Source of the DNA: an uncultured Planctomycetaceae bacterium
GTDB taxonomy: Bacteria; Planctomycetota; Planctomycetia; Isosphaerales; Isosphaeraceae
Assembly (NCBI GenBank): GCA_963833985.1
Contig: CAWIAD010000002.1
Span: 1,344,001-1,408,000, forward strand
Reading direction: 5' to 3'
DNA length: 64,000 nt
In this document: piece after piece, positions 19,883 to 31,579 of the stretch
Numbering within the stretch: the stretch's first letter is position 1
Layout: every line of letters begins with the position of its first letter
Notes under the pieces: model-generated
What the model saw: the letters and a program-made list of their open reading frames with translations, nothing else
Databases searched by the model: none
What the model was told of the DNA's origin: nothing
Program-made: the position numbers and the translations under genes

Positions 19883-22672
19883 GGAAGCCTGGTGACGAAG
19901 TTGTAATGGCCGGAGCCGACCTCGAGCACGGTCTTGCCCTCGGCGGTTCGCTGCACCCGCACGCCCGCGGCCTGGCCGAGCGGGCTGCCGTTCTCGGTGA
20001 TGGCGTCCGCGGAGGGAGCCGGCAAGATCACCCTGGCGGTGGTGTTGGCGGGGATGGTGGACTTCAGGGTGAACGTCTGGCCTTCCCTGGTCCAGGCGGT
20101 GGTGATCCGGCCGTGGATGCTTTCGTACGAGGTCTCGGCGTGGGTCAGGCGGTGGCCTGGGTGGGGTTCGATGACGATCTTCCGGTAGGCCGGGCCGTCG
20201 CTCTTGATGCCGCCGATGTTCTCGACCATCCACTGGTACACGGCGCCGAAGGAGTAGTGGGCGAAGGAGTTCATGCCGGGGTCCTGGAAGCCCTTTTCCG
20301 GGGTCCAGCCGTCCCAACGCTCCCAGATGCTGGTGGCGCCCTGCTTGATGGAGAAGCCCCACGAGGGGAAAGTGTCATTGAAGAGCAGGCGATAGGCCAC
20401 GTCCTCGCGGCCGATCTTCGAGAGCACGAGCATCAGGTCCTTGGTGCCGATGAAGCCGGTGGTGAGGTGGTTGTGGTGCTTCTCGATGTCCTCGACGAGG
20501 TAGCGCGCCGCCTGCGCAGCACGCTCGCCGTCCACGAGGTCGACGGCCAGGGCGAGGACGTAGCAGGCCTGGGTATCGCTCCGGATCCGGCCATCCGCCG
20601 AGACATAGGCCTTGTTGAAGGCCGCCTTGACCTGCTGGTAAAGGTCGTGCAGCCGCGCGGCGTCCTCGGTCTTGCCCAGGATCTCGGCGGCCTCGGCCGT
20701 GAGCCTGGTGCTGAGGGCGAAGTAGGCCGTGAAGATGACGTCCTTGGGCGTATCGGCGCCGATGCTCAGCCAGTCGCCGAAGCAGTGGTACTGACCAGGC
20801 GGAAGCAGATCGGGCGTGCACCGGCTGCGGCAGAACTCGATGAACCTGAGCATCGAGGGATACTGCCGTTCGAGCACCCGGCGGTCGCCGTAAACCTGGT
20901 AGACGGTCCACGGGCAGATCACGCCCGCGTCGGCCCAGGCGGGGCCGCCGTCGTCGCCGGCCACCTTCACCGGGGCCACCATGGGGAACTGACCATCGGC
21001 GCGCTGGCCGTCCGCCAGGTCGATCAGCCACTTGTCGAAGAAGGCCTGCACGTCGCAGTTCAGCGTGGCCGTGCGGATATAGACCTGGGCGTCGCCGGTC
21101 CAGCCCAGGCGCTCGTCGCGCTGGGGACAGTCCGTGGGGATGTCGATGAAGTTGGCGCTGGGTCCAGTAAGAGTTGCTCTGCAGCGTGTTGAGCATGGGC
21201 TCGGAGCAATGGAACTGGCCGACGACGGGAGTCTGGCTGGAGAGGGCGATGCCGGTCAGCGTGCCCGGCGCGGGGGCTGACCTGAGCCCGGTGATCTCCA
21301 CGTACTGGAAGCCGTGGAACGTGAACCGGGGGGTCCAGGTTTCCTCGCCTTGGCCCGCGCAGATGTAGGTATCCACGCAGCGAGCCGCGCGCAGGTTGGT
21401 CGTGTAGATCGTCCCGTCGGGATTGAGCCGCTCGGCGAACCGCAGTGTGATCTTCTGACCGGGCTCGCCGCGAACCGAAAGCCGGGGCACACCGGCGAAG
21501 TTCTGGCCCATGTCCAGCACGTAGGCTCCGGGCTTCGGCTCGGTGATCGCCTTCGGCTTGAGCTCGGCGAAGGGAAGGACGGGCGGGCCGGGATGTGCCT
21601 GGACGACGGGATGGACCTCGGAGCCGGTCACCACGGCAGCCCAGCGCGAATCGTCGAAGCCGGGAGTGTCCCACCCGGACAGCGCCGCCCGGGCGTCGTA
21701 GGTTTCGCCCATGAGAAAGTCGGCCTCGGAGATGGGTCCGGTGGCCGCTTTCCAGGTCGGTCCGGTGGCCACGGTGTCGGTGCTGCCGTCGTCATACTCG
21801 ATATGGAGTTGGGCCTTGAGGCGGGGGTGCTTGCCGTAATGGTCGCGCAGCTTGCCAAAGCCGACGTAGCCGCTATACCAGCCGTCGGCGAGGATCGCCC
21901 CCAGCGCGTTCTCTCCCTGGCGAAGCTGGTCCGTCACGTCGTAGGCGCGGGAATAAACGCGCCGGGTGTAGTCGGTCCAGCCGGGGTTGAAGGAGTCGTC
22001 GCTGACCCGGCGGCCGTTGAGGTAGAGGTCATGAATGCCCAGCGCGGTGGTGTAGACCGTGGCGTGCTTGACGGGCCTGGAGAGCGGAAACGTGGTACGC
22101 AGATAGGCCGGTGGAGGCAGCACCAGGTTCGCTCCGCCGGCGCCGGCCTTGAGTGCGTTGCGCGGGGCGTCGTAGCCAATCCACTCGGCTTTCCAATTCG
22201 AGGGGTTGAGAAGCCCCATCGACCAGGCCGCCGTGCTGCTCCAGGCCGAGGGCGTGCCGTCCTTGTCCCAGACCTTCACTTTCCAGAAGCAGTGCTGGTG
22301 CGAGGTAAGCGGCTTGCCGGCGTAGACGATGGCGGCCGTCTCGCCGCTCTGGACCTGGCCGCTATCCCAGAGCTCGCCCTGGTCCTGGCCCAGGGCCTCG
22401 GGGCTGGCGGCCACCAGCACGCGGTAGGCGGTCTGCTTCTGCCCGCGCTCGGGCGACGTGACGATCCAGCTCAGCCGGGGTTGGGCCACGTCGATGCCCA
22501 GGGGTTTCGCGCGGTACTCGCAGCGCAGTTCTGCGGGGCTGAGCCCCGATGCGGGCTCCGGAGCGGGCTCGGCTCGGGCGATGGGCGTCATCATGGCAAG
22601 TGCAGCCAGCACGAGGAAGAGAAGGTTCCCGGACGGAGGGGATGCGGTGGAAGAGGGACTCGTGTCGATCAT
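19879..22672 (-). CDS. Alpha-L-rhamnosidase, GH78 (apparent frameshift at about 21160)
   Basis: LRCEYRAKPLGID..PRLSW, LDMGQNFAG, FTFHGFQY and TSIWERWD..MNSFAHYSFGAV motifs; IPTDCPQRDERLGWTGD is in the second frame just past the shift. Confidence 0.92.
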
Positions 22673-22684
22673 GGTGCGTCTTTC

Positions 22685-23857
22685 CTATACAGCGGTCGTG
22701 GCCAGCGAGTTGCCATAGCCGATGATCACGGTGGAAGCGATGAGCACAAGCAGTGTCAGGGCGACAAGCCGGCGGGTATGCCGGCTGGTGCCGGCCCATT
22801 CCTTCAGGGCGATGCCCCAGAGGGTGCTGAAGATCATGATGCTGGCCATGTGCAGGGTCCAGCTCGAGAACTTGAAGCGGCCCATCTGGGTTTCGCCCAT
22901 GGTGTAGAAGAAGAACTGGAAGTACCAGGTCGTGCCAGCCAGGGCACAGAAGAGGTAGTTCCAGATGAGCGGAACTCGCTCCGAGGCGCCCGGGGCTCGA
23001 AGTCCGGGCGCGTGCTCGGCGACCTCTTCACCGGGTGCGTCGATGGTGGTCTCGATGATGGTTTCCTGTTCGCGGGCGGGCGACGACCGGCCGTTCAGGC
23101 CAAGGTACTGATGCGCCGTCTTGTTCTTCAGGTGGAGGATGAGACACCAGATGAAGTTCGTGGTGAACCCGCCCAGCAGCAGCACGACCAGCACCGGCAG
23201 CCCTTGCCAGAGCGTCGTGGTGCCGTGCTGGAGGGTGATCTCCTTGATCGGGTCGCCCGCGGCCAGGCCGTACGAGAAGCAGGCACTCATGACACCAGAG
23301 AAGGTGGCGACCAGGATTCCTTTCTTGAAATCGAATTCCTTGATCGCGGCCTTCTTCTGCTCTTCGGACATCTCGCGTTCCTTGGACATGCCGGCCATAC
23401 CCGCGACGGCGATGCCGGCCATGCACACGAAGACGCCGAAGAGGATGATCTGGCCCGAAGTTGTGGGCACGATCTTCGTGAGCAGCTCGCCGCGAAAGAT
23501 CGGCGGCATGAGCGTGCCGAAGGCCGCCGTGAACCCGAGCGCCACCGCCATGCCCAGCGACATGCCCAGGTAGCGCATGGTGAGCCCGAAGGTCAGCCCA
23601 CCCAGGCCCCACAGAACCCCGAAAAAATAGGTCCAGAAGAGCGTGCTGCTGGGCGCCTCGCGGATCACGGAGGTCAGGTCGCTGGTCATGATCGAGGCCA
23701 GCAGCCAGGGCGCGATGATCCAGCTAAAGAAGCCGCCGGTGAGCCAGTAGGTCTCCCAAGACCAGTTGCGGACGAACCGGTAGGGGACGTAGAAGCTCCC
23801 GGAGGCCAGGCCCCCGAGCCAGTGAAAGACGACGCCGAGGAAGGGATTGGGGGTCAT
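22685..23857 (-). CDS. rhaT: L-rhamnose/proton symporter
   Basis: GVVFHWLGGLASGSFYVPY..WSWETYW, GLTFGLTMRYLGMSLG and SSWTLHMASIMIFSTLWGIALKEW; lies next to rhaA. Confidence 0.93.
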   Translation of the reverse strand: MTPNPFLGVVFHWLGGLASGSFYVPYRFVRNWSWETYWLTGGFFSWIIAPWLLASIMTSDLTSVIREAPSSTLFWTYFFGVLWGLGGLTFGLTMRYLGMSLGMAVALGFTAAFGTLMPPIFRGELLTKIVPTTSGQIILFGVFVCMAGIAVAGMAGMSKEREMSEEQKKAAIKEFDFKKGILVATFSGVMSACFSYGLAAGDPIKEITLQHGTTTLWQGLPVLVVLLLGGFTTNFIWCLILHLKNKTAHQYLGLNGRSSPAREQETIIETTIDAPGEEVAEHAPGLRAPGASERVPLIWNYLFCALAGTTWYFQFFFYTMGETQMGRFKFSSWTLHMASIMIFSTLWGIALKEWAGTSRHTRRLVALTLLVLIASTVIIGYGNSLATTAV

Positions 23858-23872
23858 GGGCGGTGCTCAGAA

Positions 23873-23979
23873 GGCAGTAGGCAGAAGGCAGTTTGTAGGG
23901 TGGGTCGAGCCGCAGGCGAGGCCCACCAGGGCGGCCGTGGGCCGCGGGTAGTAGGTAGTAGACATAGGCAGTAGGCAGT
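23873..23979. repeat. GTAG-type REP palindrome embedded in GGCAGTA/GGCAGAA heptamer repeats
   Basis: GTAG-GGTGGGTC...GGCCCACC at 23895-23927, with heptamer runs at 23873-23892 and about 23949-23979. Confidence 0.6.
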
Positions 23980-24048
23980 GAAGAGGAAGGGGAAGACAGG
24001 CATTCTTGCCTGTCAATTCTAGGCAGGGGGCAGGTGGCGGTGGGACGC

Positions 24049-25317
24049 TTACCTGCGATTCAGGATTTCGGTTTCATAACGCTTCAACTCGTCGAGCCAG
24101 GCCGGGCCGACGGGGACGTTCCGGATCTGGCAGTACTGGTCCCAGACCGCGCCGAAGGGGAGCGTCTTCAGCTCTTCCAGGAGTGCCAGCCTTGCGGTGT
24201 AGTTGCCCTCGGCCTCGAACTGCCTCAAGGTTTGTGTGGGCTCCAGCAGCGCGATCAGGAGCGCCTTGAGCATGCACCGGGTGCCAATGACCCATGCCGC
24301 CACGCGGTTGATGCTGGCATCGAAGAAATCCAGGCCGATATGCACGCGGCCGAGGTAATCGCCGCGCACCAGCTCCTGTGCGATGGCTTCCAGCTCGTCA
24401 CTGAGGATCACCACATGGTCGCTGTCCCAGCGCACACCTCGGCTGACATGCAGCAGGATCTCATCGAGCACGCTGAGCACGGCGGAGATCTTGTCCGAGA
24501 GGACTTCCGTGGGGTGATAATGTCCCGCGTCGAGGCAGAGCAGCTTCTTCCGCGAGACGGCGTAGCCCAGGTAAAACTCGTGCGAGCCGACGACGTAGCT
24601 CTCCGAGCCCAGGCCGAAGAGCTTGCCCTCCACGGCGTCGAGATTCAGCCTGGGGTCGATGGGCTCGGCGAAGACGGCATCGAGCGACTCGGCCAGGCGC
24701 TCGCGGGGCCCCTTGCGATCGATGGGCGAATCCTTCATGCCGTCGGGAATCCAGACGTTCGTGACGCAAGGCGTCCCCAGCGCCTTGCCGAAGGCCGCGC
24801 CGATGCGCCGGCAGACGATGCCGTGATCAATCCAGAACTTGCGGATCGCCGCATCGGGGTGGGCCAGCGTGAGACCGTCGGCCGCTCTGGGGTGGGCGAA
24901 ATAGGTGGGGTTGAAGTCGAGGCCCATCCCTTTCGACCTCGCCCAGTCGATCCAGCGCGAGAAGTGGGCCGGCTCGATCGCGTCGCGTTCCACTCTCTTG
25001 CCGCCGGTCTCGGCATAGCTGGCGTGCAGGTTGAATCGGTGCGTTCCAGGGATCAGCGACAGGGCCTTATCCACGTCGGCCCGCAGCTCCTCGGCCGTGC
25101 GCGCCCGGCCCGGGTAATTCCCAGTCACGGCCAGGCCACCGCCCAGCTCGGAACCGGTATTCTCGAAGCCGCAGACATCGTCGCCCTGCCAGCAATGCAG
25201 CGAGATCGGGATGGAGCCGAGCCGCTGGATGGCCGCGTCGGCATCCACGCCGAGCGCGGCATATCGTTCCTTCGCCAGGGCAAAGGACTGTTCCACGTTC
25301 CCGGAGAGTGAGATCAT
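24049..25317 (-). CDS. rhaA: L-rhamnose isomerase
   Basis: [61 protein letters not shown] and [13 protein letters not shown] motifs. Confidence 0.97.
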   Translation of the reverse strand: MISLSGNVEQSFALAKERYAALGVDADAAIQRLGSIPISLHCWQGDDVCGFENTGSELGGGLAVTGNYPGRARTAEELRADVDKALSLIPGTHRFNLHASYAETGGKRVERDAIEPAHFSRWIDWARSKGMGLDFNPTYFAHPRAADGLTLAHPDAAIRKFWIDHGIVCRRIGAAFGKALGTPCVTNVWIPDGMKDSPIDRKGPRERLAESLDAVFAEPIDPRLNLDAVEGKLFGLGSESYVVGSHEFYLGYAVSRKKLLCLDAGHYHPTEVLSDKISAVLSVLDEILLHVSRGVRWDSDHVVILSDELEAIAQELVRGDYLGRVHIGLDFFDASINRVAAWVIGTRCMLKALLIALLEPTQTLRQFEAEGNYTARLALLEELKTLPFGAVWDQYCQIRNVPVGPAWLDELKRYETEILNRR

Positions 25318-25503
25318 GAGCACAGACTCGCAGGAGGGCTCAATTCATCGAGGGAGCACGACCGGATTCTCGCACGGAAACAGGGCCTGATCCAGTGGCT
25401 TCCCGGGCCGTCCGGATTTCCGCCCACGCAACGCCGGGCGCCCTGTACACTCAATCTCCATGAGCCGCTTGACGCGCACCAACCCTGACGAGAGGAGGCC
25501 TTC

Positions 25504-26601
25504 ATGAGTTATGAACGCGCCTGTTCACGATGGATCCTGTTCGCTGCGCTCCTCTGGCCTGTCCACGGAGTGACTGCCGAGGAACCGGCGGCCCACGCAC
25601 AGACGGCAGCCCGGCACGATCGGCCACCGCGCAAGGTGATCGTCGGGACCACCATGACGCGGTGGTATGGCGATTACCCCGGACTCGACGGCCGGCTCGA
25701 GCAGATGGGCAACCTGATCGACGCGATGGCGGCAGAATCACGCGCTCGCTATGGCCGGCCGCTGGACCTTGCTTTGTTCACGGAGTTCGCGGTCACCGCG
25801 GGGAAGCCGGGGCCGGCAGGCGCGGTGGCCGTGCCGCTTGAAGGTGCGGTGCTCGAGAGGCTTGGCTCCAAGGCGCGGGAGCACAACACCTACGTCGTCT
25901 GCGGCGGTATCTTCCGCGACGCCACGGCGGCCGGCGCGTGCGGAAATGCGGCCGTTGTGATCGACCGCAAGGGCCGGCCGGTGGGCCGGTACGTCAAGGT
26001 CCATCCCGTGCTGGATGAGGTCAAGCCGGGCGGGCAGATCGTGCTGGAGGGGGGCGTGCAACCGGGAGCGGAGTACAACGTGTTCGACCTCGACTTCGGC
26101 CGCGTAGGATTGCAGATCTGCTATGACGTGGAGTATCCCGAGGGCTGGCTGCGCCTGGCCGAGAGAGGCGCAGAGCTTGTGCTTTACCCGACCCAGTCCC
26201 CCCAGCTCACACGGCCCGCCATGTACGCGGCCACCCACGAATACTGGGTCGTCTCGTCCACGTTCCGGAACAACGCCTCCATCTTCGAGCCGGGTACGGG
26301 CCTGGTGGCCGCTCAGATCAAGGAGCCCAAGCAAACTCTCGTCCACGAGATCGACCTGAGCACCGTCATCCTGCCCTGGACTTCGCGCTTGCGCAACGGC
26401 GAAGCCTTTCGTGAGGCATTTGGCGATCGCGTCGGCTTCCATTACTCCGAGTCCGAAGACCGCGGGGTCTTCTGGTCCAACGATCCGAACTGCTCGATCG
26501 GACAGATGGCGCGCAGCCTCGGTCTACTGGAATCCACGACCGAACAGCATGCGCGCGCTCGCGACGCACAGGATCGGCTCCGCGGAGGCCCGGCACGCTG
26601 A
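25504..26601 (+). CDS. Secreted carbon-nitrogen hydrolase (nitrilase superfamily)
   Basis: Signal peptide; catalytic E-K-C context LFTEF, YVKVHP and GLQICYD. Confidence 0.85.
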   Translation: MSYERACSRWILFAALLWPVHGVTAEEPAAHAQTAARHDRPPRKVIVGTTMTRWYGDYPGLDGRLEQMGNLIDAMAAESRARYGRPLDLALFTEFAVTAGKPGPAGAVAVPLEGAVLERLGSKAREHNTYVVCGGIFRDATAAGACGNAAVVIDRKGRPVGRYVKVHPVLDEVKPGGQIVLEGGVQPGAEYNVFDLDFGRVGLQICYDVEYPEGWLRLAERGAELVLYPTQSPQLTRPAMYAATHEYWVVSSTFRNNASIFEPGTGLVAAQIKEPKQTLVHEIDLSTVILPWTSRLRNGEAFREAFGDRVGFHYSESEDRGVFWSNDPNCSIGQMARSLGLLESTTEQHARARDAQDRLRGGPAR

Positions 26602-26631
26602 AGCTTTCAAACCATCTCATGACTCACCCCA

Positions 26632-28353
26632 TCAGGGTTGGCCCCAGGCCGATTTCAGCTCATGCACCACGAGTGAGTCGATCTTGACCGGACCACCCTG
26701 GCGGAGCACGGAGATCGTACGGTTGTGGCCGCCGGGAATCGCGGCGACCGACATGGCGATACGACCGTCGTTGCCGAAGACCTCGATCGAGCCCCGGTCC
26801 AGGAACACCCTGAGGTTGATCTTGCCGTTGTAGGGTTGCAGCGGCGCCCGTACGTTCTTGCAGACAAGCTCGTGGCGAGCCGGCTCGTAAACGAGCCTGG
26901 TTCCGCGCAGGTCAAGACCAAGGTTTTCAACCCCATCGGTCGATGCCTCCAGCGCGATCTCGAACAGATCGCCGGAGAGCTCGCGGAGCGGGTCCTCACC
27001 GTTGGAGAGTGTCAGCGCGCTCCACTCGCGTTTCTGTCCGCGCAGCGACGCGAGCTCGAGCACGGGCTGAGCCATGAGGCGGATGCCCTCGTCCGTGTTC
27101 TTCAAGGTGAGCTCCACGGGAAGCGTCATCTGCTGGTTGAAGGGCATCCCGGGAAACGTGGCGGCGTTGTTCCAGCCGATCTGGATCCGCCGGCCGTCGG
27201 GCGTGTTGCTGTACGACTGCGCGGCGTAGAAACTGCCATACCAGAGCTGGAGCTTGTTCTTGCCCGAGGTCGGGCGGAATGCGCGGCCATCGAAGTCTCC
27301 CAGCATGTACTTGCCATCGGCGGCGTGCAGCACCCAGCGCGTCTTTGAGCGGTCGCCATCGACAGGCAGCTCGAAGAGGTCGGGGCACTCGAAGAAGCCG
27401 TCGATCTTGCTCTGGTAGGTCCAGGCCTTGAGGTCGGACGACGCGTAGAACGCGATACTCTGCTTGCCGCCAGTCTCGTCGTAGACGGCCATCACCCAGT
27501 GCTTCGCTGGCTCGAACCAGAGGAGCCGCGGATCACGCCCGGCGTGTTTCACGACCGGGTTGCCCTCGTATTCCTTCCAGGTTTGCCCCCGGTCGTTGCT
27601 GAAGAGGATACATTCACCCCGGCCCGTGCTGGTGAAGGCCGCGGCGAGCGGTGGAGCTTGGCCGCTTTGAGATCTGGAAGTGTTTCGTGTGTCGACGACT
27701 GCACTGCCTGAAAAGCACCAGTCGCCGAAGGCGCGCGGGCGGAGTGCGATCGGCTGTTCGTGCCAGTGGACCAGGTCGGTGCTCAGTGCGTGGCCCCAGT
27801 GCATGTTGCCCCAGCTCCAGCCGTACGGGTTGTGCTGGTAGTAGAGGTGATAGGCGCCGGCCTGGTAGACCAGCCCGTTGGGGTCGTTGAGCCAGCCGCG
27901 CCGGGACGTGAAGTGGAACTGGGGCCGGTGCGGCTCGTGGTACATGCCCTGAGCGTCGGGCACCTGATCCGCCTGCGAGATCCGGGCCAGGCTCTCCGCG
28001 GGATGCTCCAGCGCGTCCACCTCGATGCGCAGCGTCTTGCCGCGGTGGGCGTCCAGGTCCTCGAAGACCCAGAACTCGGGCTGGTTCTCGGCCAGCTCGA
28101 TCTCGAACTCGCGGTGGGCCTGGCCATCGATGCGCAAGCTCATCCGCCGCTTCGGGGCACCGGTGCGCACCGGCAAGTGCAGGTATCGGTGTGTGAGCAC
28201 CAGCTCACGGCTGGCGGTCGCGGCCTGGCCGGTTGAACTCGCCACGGCGACTGGGCCGGCGGCATCAGTAGCCGGACCTGTGGTCTCTGCCGCCGACAGC
28301 ATGCCGGCGGCCAGAACCAGGGGCGGGAAGATCTTCAGGAAGAATGGCATCAT
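26632..28353 (-). CDS. GH32 levanase/beta-fructofuranosidase
   Basis: RPQFHFT..WLNDPNG, WGHALSTDLVHW, FSGSAVVD, RDP, FECPDLF and FYAAQSY motifs. Confidence 0.93.
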   Translation of the reverse strand: MMPFFLKIFPPLVLAAGMLSAAETTGPATDAAGPVAVASSTGQAATASRELVLTHRYLHLPVRTGAPKRRMSLRIDGQAHREFEIELAENQPEFWVFEDLDAHRGKTLRIEVDALEHPAESLARISQADQVPDAQGMYHEPHRPQFHFTSRRGWLNDPNGLVYQAGAYHLYYQHNPYGWSWGNMHWGHALSTDLVHWHEQPIALRPRAFGDWCFSGSAVVDTRNTSRSQSGQAPPLAAAFTSTGRGECILFSNDRGQTWKEYEGNPVVKHAGRDPRLLWFEPAKHWVMAVYDETGGKQSIAFYASSDLKAWTYQSKIDGFFECPDLFELPVDGDRSKTRWVLHAADGKYMLGDFDGRAFRPTSGKNKLQLWYGSFYAAQSYSNTPDGRRIQIGWNNAATFPGMPFNQQMTLPVELTLKNTDEGIRLMAQPVLELASLRGQKREWSALTLSNGEDPLRELSGDLFEIALEASTDGVENLGLDLRGTRLVYEPARHELVCKNVRAPLQPYNGKINLRVFLDRGSIEVFGNDGRIAMSVAAIPGGHNRTISVLRQGGPVKIDSLVVHELKSAWGQP

Positions 28354-28527
28354 CGCTCTCCCAACGCGGTTTGGGGTCGGATCCGGTCTGGCGAAAAACG
28401 AAGCGTACCGCAAATAATCCTGCCTGAATATCGAATAGTTGGTGACTTTGCAGGCAGTTCCTGTGCTGCGCGTCATCTGTGGCCCCCGGGGCTGGGATAC
28501 GAATCGGTCCTGTTCGAGGGATGTGTC

Positions 28528-29968
28528 ATGTCGCTGGACGTGCAGCCTGACGAGTCGATGAAGGAACCTGGCGTGCTGGAACCGACGCTGCTGGATACCG
28601 AGCCGGGCACGGGCGAGGCACGGGAGCTCGCCGGGGAGGCGGCAATACCGTCAACCAGCCGTCCCGAACCTGTCTCGGCCGTCGAGCGGCTGACGTCGGT
28701 GGACGTGCTGCGCGGATTTGCCCTGCTGGGCATCCTGGCCATGAATATCGTCGGGTTCGCCTGGCCGGGTGCGGCTTACGAGGATCCACTACAGGGCGGC
28801 GGCTTCGAGGGTACCGACCGCGCTGTCTGGTTCTTCAATCATCTGGTCTTCGAGGCCAAGATGATGACCATCTTCTCGATGCTCTTCGGCGCGGGGCTGG
28901 TGCTCATGAACGAGCGCGCCGGCGCGCGGGGCGTCGCTGCGCGGAGTCTACTATCGCCGCGTGCTCTGGCTGCTGGTCATCGGTGCCATTCACGCCTACC
29001 TGATCTGGGAAGGGGACGTGTTATTTCTGTACGCGGAGTGCGGGCTGATTCTTTACCTGTTCCGCAATATGAAACCGCGCACGCTGATCCTTCTGGGCGT
29101 CACGTTCATGCTGCTGATTGTTCCCCTGGTCCTGGGCTTCGGCGCGGCGATCCAGGGCATGAAAGCGGTCACGGCCCGGGTTGATGCCCAGGTCAAGGAC
29201 GGCGAGACGCCGAGCAAGTTGGATCAGCGCATTCACGATCTCTGGACGAACTCACTCCAGAAGGAAATGAGGCCTGACCCCGAGCAGCAGCAGAAAAAAT
29301 GGGACGAGGAGATGGCGGCCTACCGGGGCGGTTATATCGGGATTGTGAGGCACCGCGCCTTCCACCTGCTGATGGGTCAGACCATTGGGTTCCTGCTCGG
29401 CGGCTTCTGGTTCGCGGGAGCGCGCATGGTTCTGGGCATGGGACTGATGAAGCTGGGCGTTTTCGCGGCCGAGCGGACGCGGAGGTTCTATACGTGGATG
29501 ACCGCGCTGGGTTATGGCATCGGGCTGCCACTCATGGTTTTCGATGCCACCGAGCTGATCCGCCATGGATTCAAGGACGAATACATGTTGCAGGGCGGGA
29601 TATTCTATAACGTCTTCGGCAGCCTGGTGGTGGCGCTCGGGCACGTCGGGCTGATCATGCTCATCGTCCAGGGCGGCGCCCTGACGTGGCTGACACGCCG
29701 GCTGGCGGCCGTGGGGCGGATGGCGCTCTCCAGCTACCTGACCCACTCCATCGTCTGCACCACCCTCTTCAACGGCTATGGGTTCGGCCTCTTCGGCCAG
29801 ATCCATCGCACCGGGCTGGCCGGCATCGTGCTGTTGATCTGGATCTTCCAGCTCTGGATCAGCCCGATCTGGCTCCGGCATTTCCGCTTCGGTCCCGCCG
29901 AGTGGCTCTGGCGGTCGCTGACGTACTGGAGGATCCAGCCGATGAAGAATGAACTCGCCCCGGGTTAA
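28528..29968 (+). CDS. DUF418 (YeiB-like) membrane protein (apparent frameshift at about 28935)
   Basis: ERLTSVDVLRGFALLGILAMNI, FSMLFGAG, GRMALSSYLTHS and FRFGPAEWLWRSLTY motifs. Confidence 0.9.
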
Positions 29969-31527
29969 TCAGGCTGGACCGGCCGATGTGTGCTGTTCTC
30001 GATGAGCCTGGCGCAGAAGCCAATCAGGTTGGCGTAGTCCGTCACGGCAATCCGCTCGTCCACTCCGTGAATGCGCTCAAGGTCCTCGGCTTTCAGGCGG
30101 AGCGGCAAGAAGCGGTAGATGTCGCGTGCCAGGGGAGCAAAATGGCGTGAGTCGGTGGCGGCCATGCACAGACCGGGCGCCACGACGGCTTCGGGAAAGA
30201 TCTCGCTGATGGTGCGCTGGAGCGTGTGGAAACTCTCGGAGCCTGTCGAAGGGACCGCCGAGGGCTCCGAGACCTTCCCGGACCAATCGCAATGCACCTG
30301 GGGATCCGCGATCACGTCTTGGACTCGCTGAAGCGTCCTGGCCAGGGTCTCGCCGGGCAACAGCCGCAGGTTCACGAGCGTCTCCGCCTGAGCAGGCAAG
30401 ACGTTGGGGGCAACGCCTCCCCGGGTCATCGTGGGCGCCATCGTCGTTCGGATCAAGGCATTCATCGATGGCTTCTGTTCGAACTCCCGGAGGATCAAGG
30501 CTTCCGTGAGCCAGCGATTGGCCAGAGCGATGCGCCGGGGTCCGTTCATCTCGGGCCCGAGGTAGTCAAGCATCGCGGCCGTGGCACCATCGAGGCGCCT
30601 GGGAAACGGGCGGGACTGAAGACGGTCGATCGCGGCGGAAAGGCGGCCAATGGCCGTCATCGCCGGAGGCATCGAAGAGTGCCCGGGTGGGCCCTCCGCC
30701 CGGACCCGGATCGTGCCGTAGCCCTTCTCGGCAATTCCCACATAGGCCACCGCACGGTCGAAGCCGCCGATGATGCCCTCGGTCAATCCGCCTCCTTCGT
30801 CAAGGACAAACCGGAAGTGGACCCCACGCGTCCGGAGCGATTCGGCGATCCGCAGGTTCCCCGCCGTTCCGCCTTGTTCCTCATCGTGTCCGAGGGCGAG
30901 ATAGACATCACATTCCGGGTGAAACCCTTCCGTGAGAAGCCGTTCCACCGCCTCGAGCATGCCGAGCGCTCCGGCCTTCACGTCAAGCGCTCCGCGTCCC
31001 CAGATGTATCCATCGGCAATTTCCCCCGAGAACGGGGGATGCGTCCACTTCGCTTTCGAGTTGTCCTCGACGGGAACAACGTCCAGGTGGGACATCAGGA
31101 GGATCGGCTCACTCGCCGGGTCGGAACCCTTCCACCGGTAAAGCAGGCTCATCGCGCCGTGGATCTCGCGCTCAAGCCGTGCGTGAACCCGCGGGAACGA
31201 CGTCTCCAGGAACGCCCGCAGTTCCAGGAACGGCCGCGGATTCGTCGCTGCCGCAGTATCCGCCGCGACCGTGGGGAACTGGATCGCGCGTGCCAGACGT
31301 TCGGCGTGGCCGGGAAGCGGCTCGCGTGGTTGCACCCGGGGCGGGTGAACCTGTTTCGACGTGAAGTGGACCGTATGGAGCGCGAGAATCACGACCAGCA
31401 CGAGGACCGCGATGGCCAGAAGCATTACCGAGGCGGCCAGCACCCGCATCAGCCTCCGCCCGCGCCGGGCGATTGCCTCGGGACTTCCCCCACCTGCCGC
31501 GCGATCGCTGAACGTCAGCTCTGGCAT
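29965..31527 (-). CDS. M20-family metallopeptidase/amidohydrolase (PM20D1/carboxypeptidase S-like)
   Basis: LLMSHLDVVP, IWGRGALDVK, GHDEEQGG, VLDEGG, AEKG, GHSSMP, TDSRHF and IHGVDERI motifs. Confidence 0.92.
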   Translation of the reverse strand: MPELTFSDRAAGGGSPEAIARRGRRLMRVLAASVMLLAIAVLVLVVILALHTVHFTSKQVHPPRVQPREPLPGHAERLARAIQFPTVAADTAAATNPRPFLELRAFLETSFPRVHARLEREIHGAMSLLYRWKGSDPASEPILLMSHLDVVPVEDNSKAKWTHPPFSGEIADGYIWGRGALDVKAGALGMLEAVERLLTEGFHPECDVYLALGHDEEQGGTAGNLRIAESLRTRGVHFRFVLDEGGGLTEGIIGGFDRAVAYVGIAEKGYGTIRVRAEGPPGHSSMPPAMTAIGRLSAAIDRLQSRPFPRRLDGATAAMLDYLGPEMNGPRRIALANRWLTEALILREFEQKPSMNALIRTTMAPTMTRGGVAPNVLPAQAETLVNLRLLPGETLARTLQRVQDVIADPQVHCDWSGKVSEPSAVPSTGSESFHTLQRTISEIFPEAVVAPGLCMAATDSRHFAPLARDIYRFLPLRLKAEDLERIHGVDERIAVTDYANLIGFCARLIENSTHRPVQPD

Positions 31528-31579
31528 GCCGTGGCTCCATTCAAGACGATTGACCAGTCTGTCATGCGATGGAGGCCAA

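Noticed and set aside
21314..23974. Long antisense ORFs (886 aa here; also 7139..8251, 24034..25311, 41461..43482, 55026..56315)
   Set aside because: These are shadow frames opposite well-supported genes, expected in high-GC DNA, and have no recognisable motifs.
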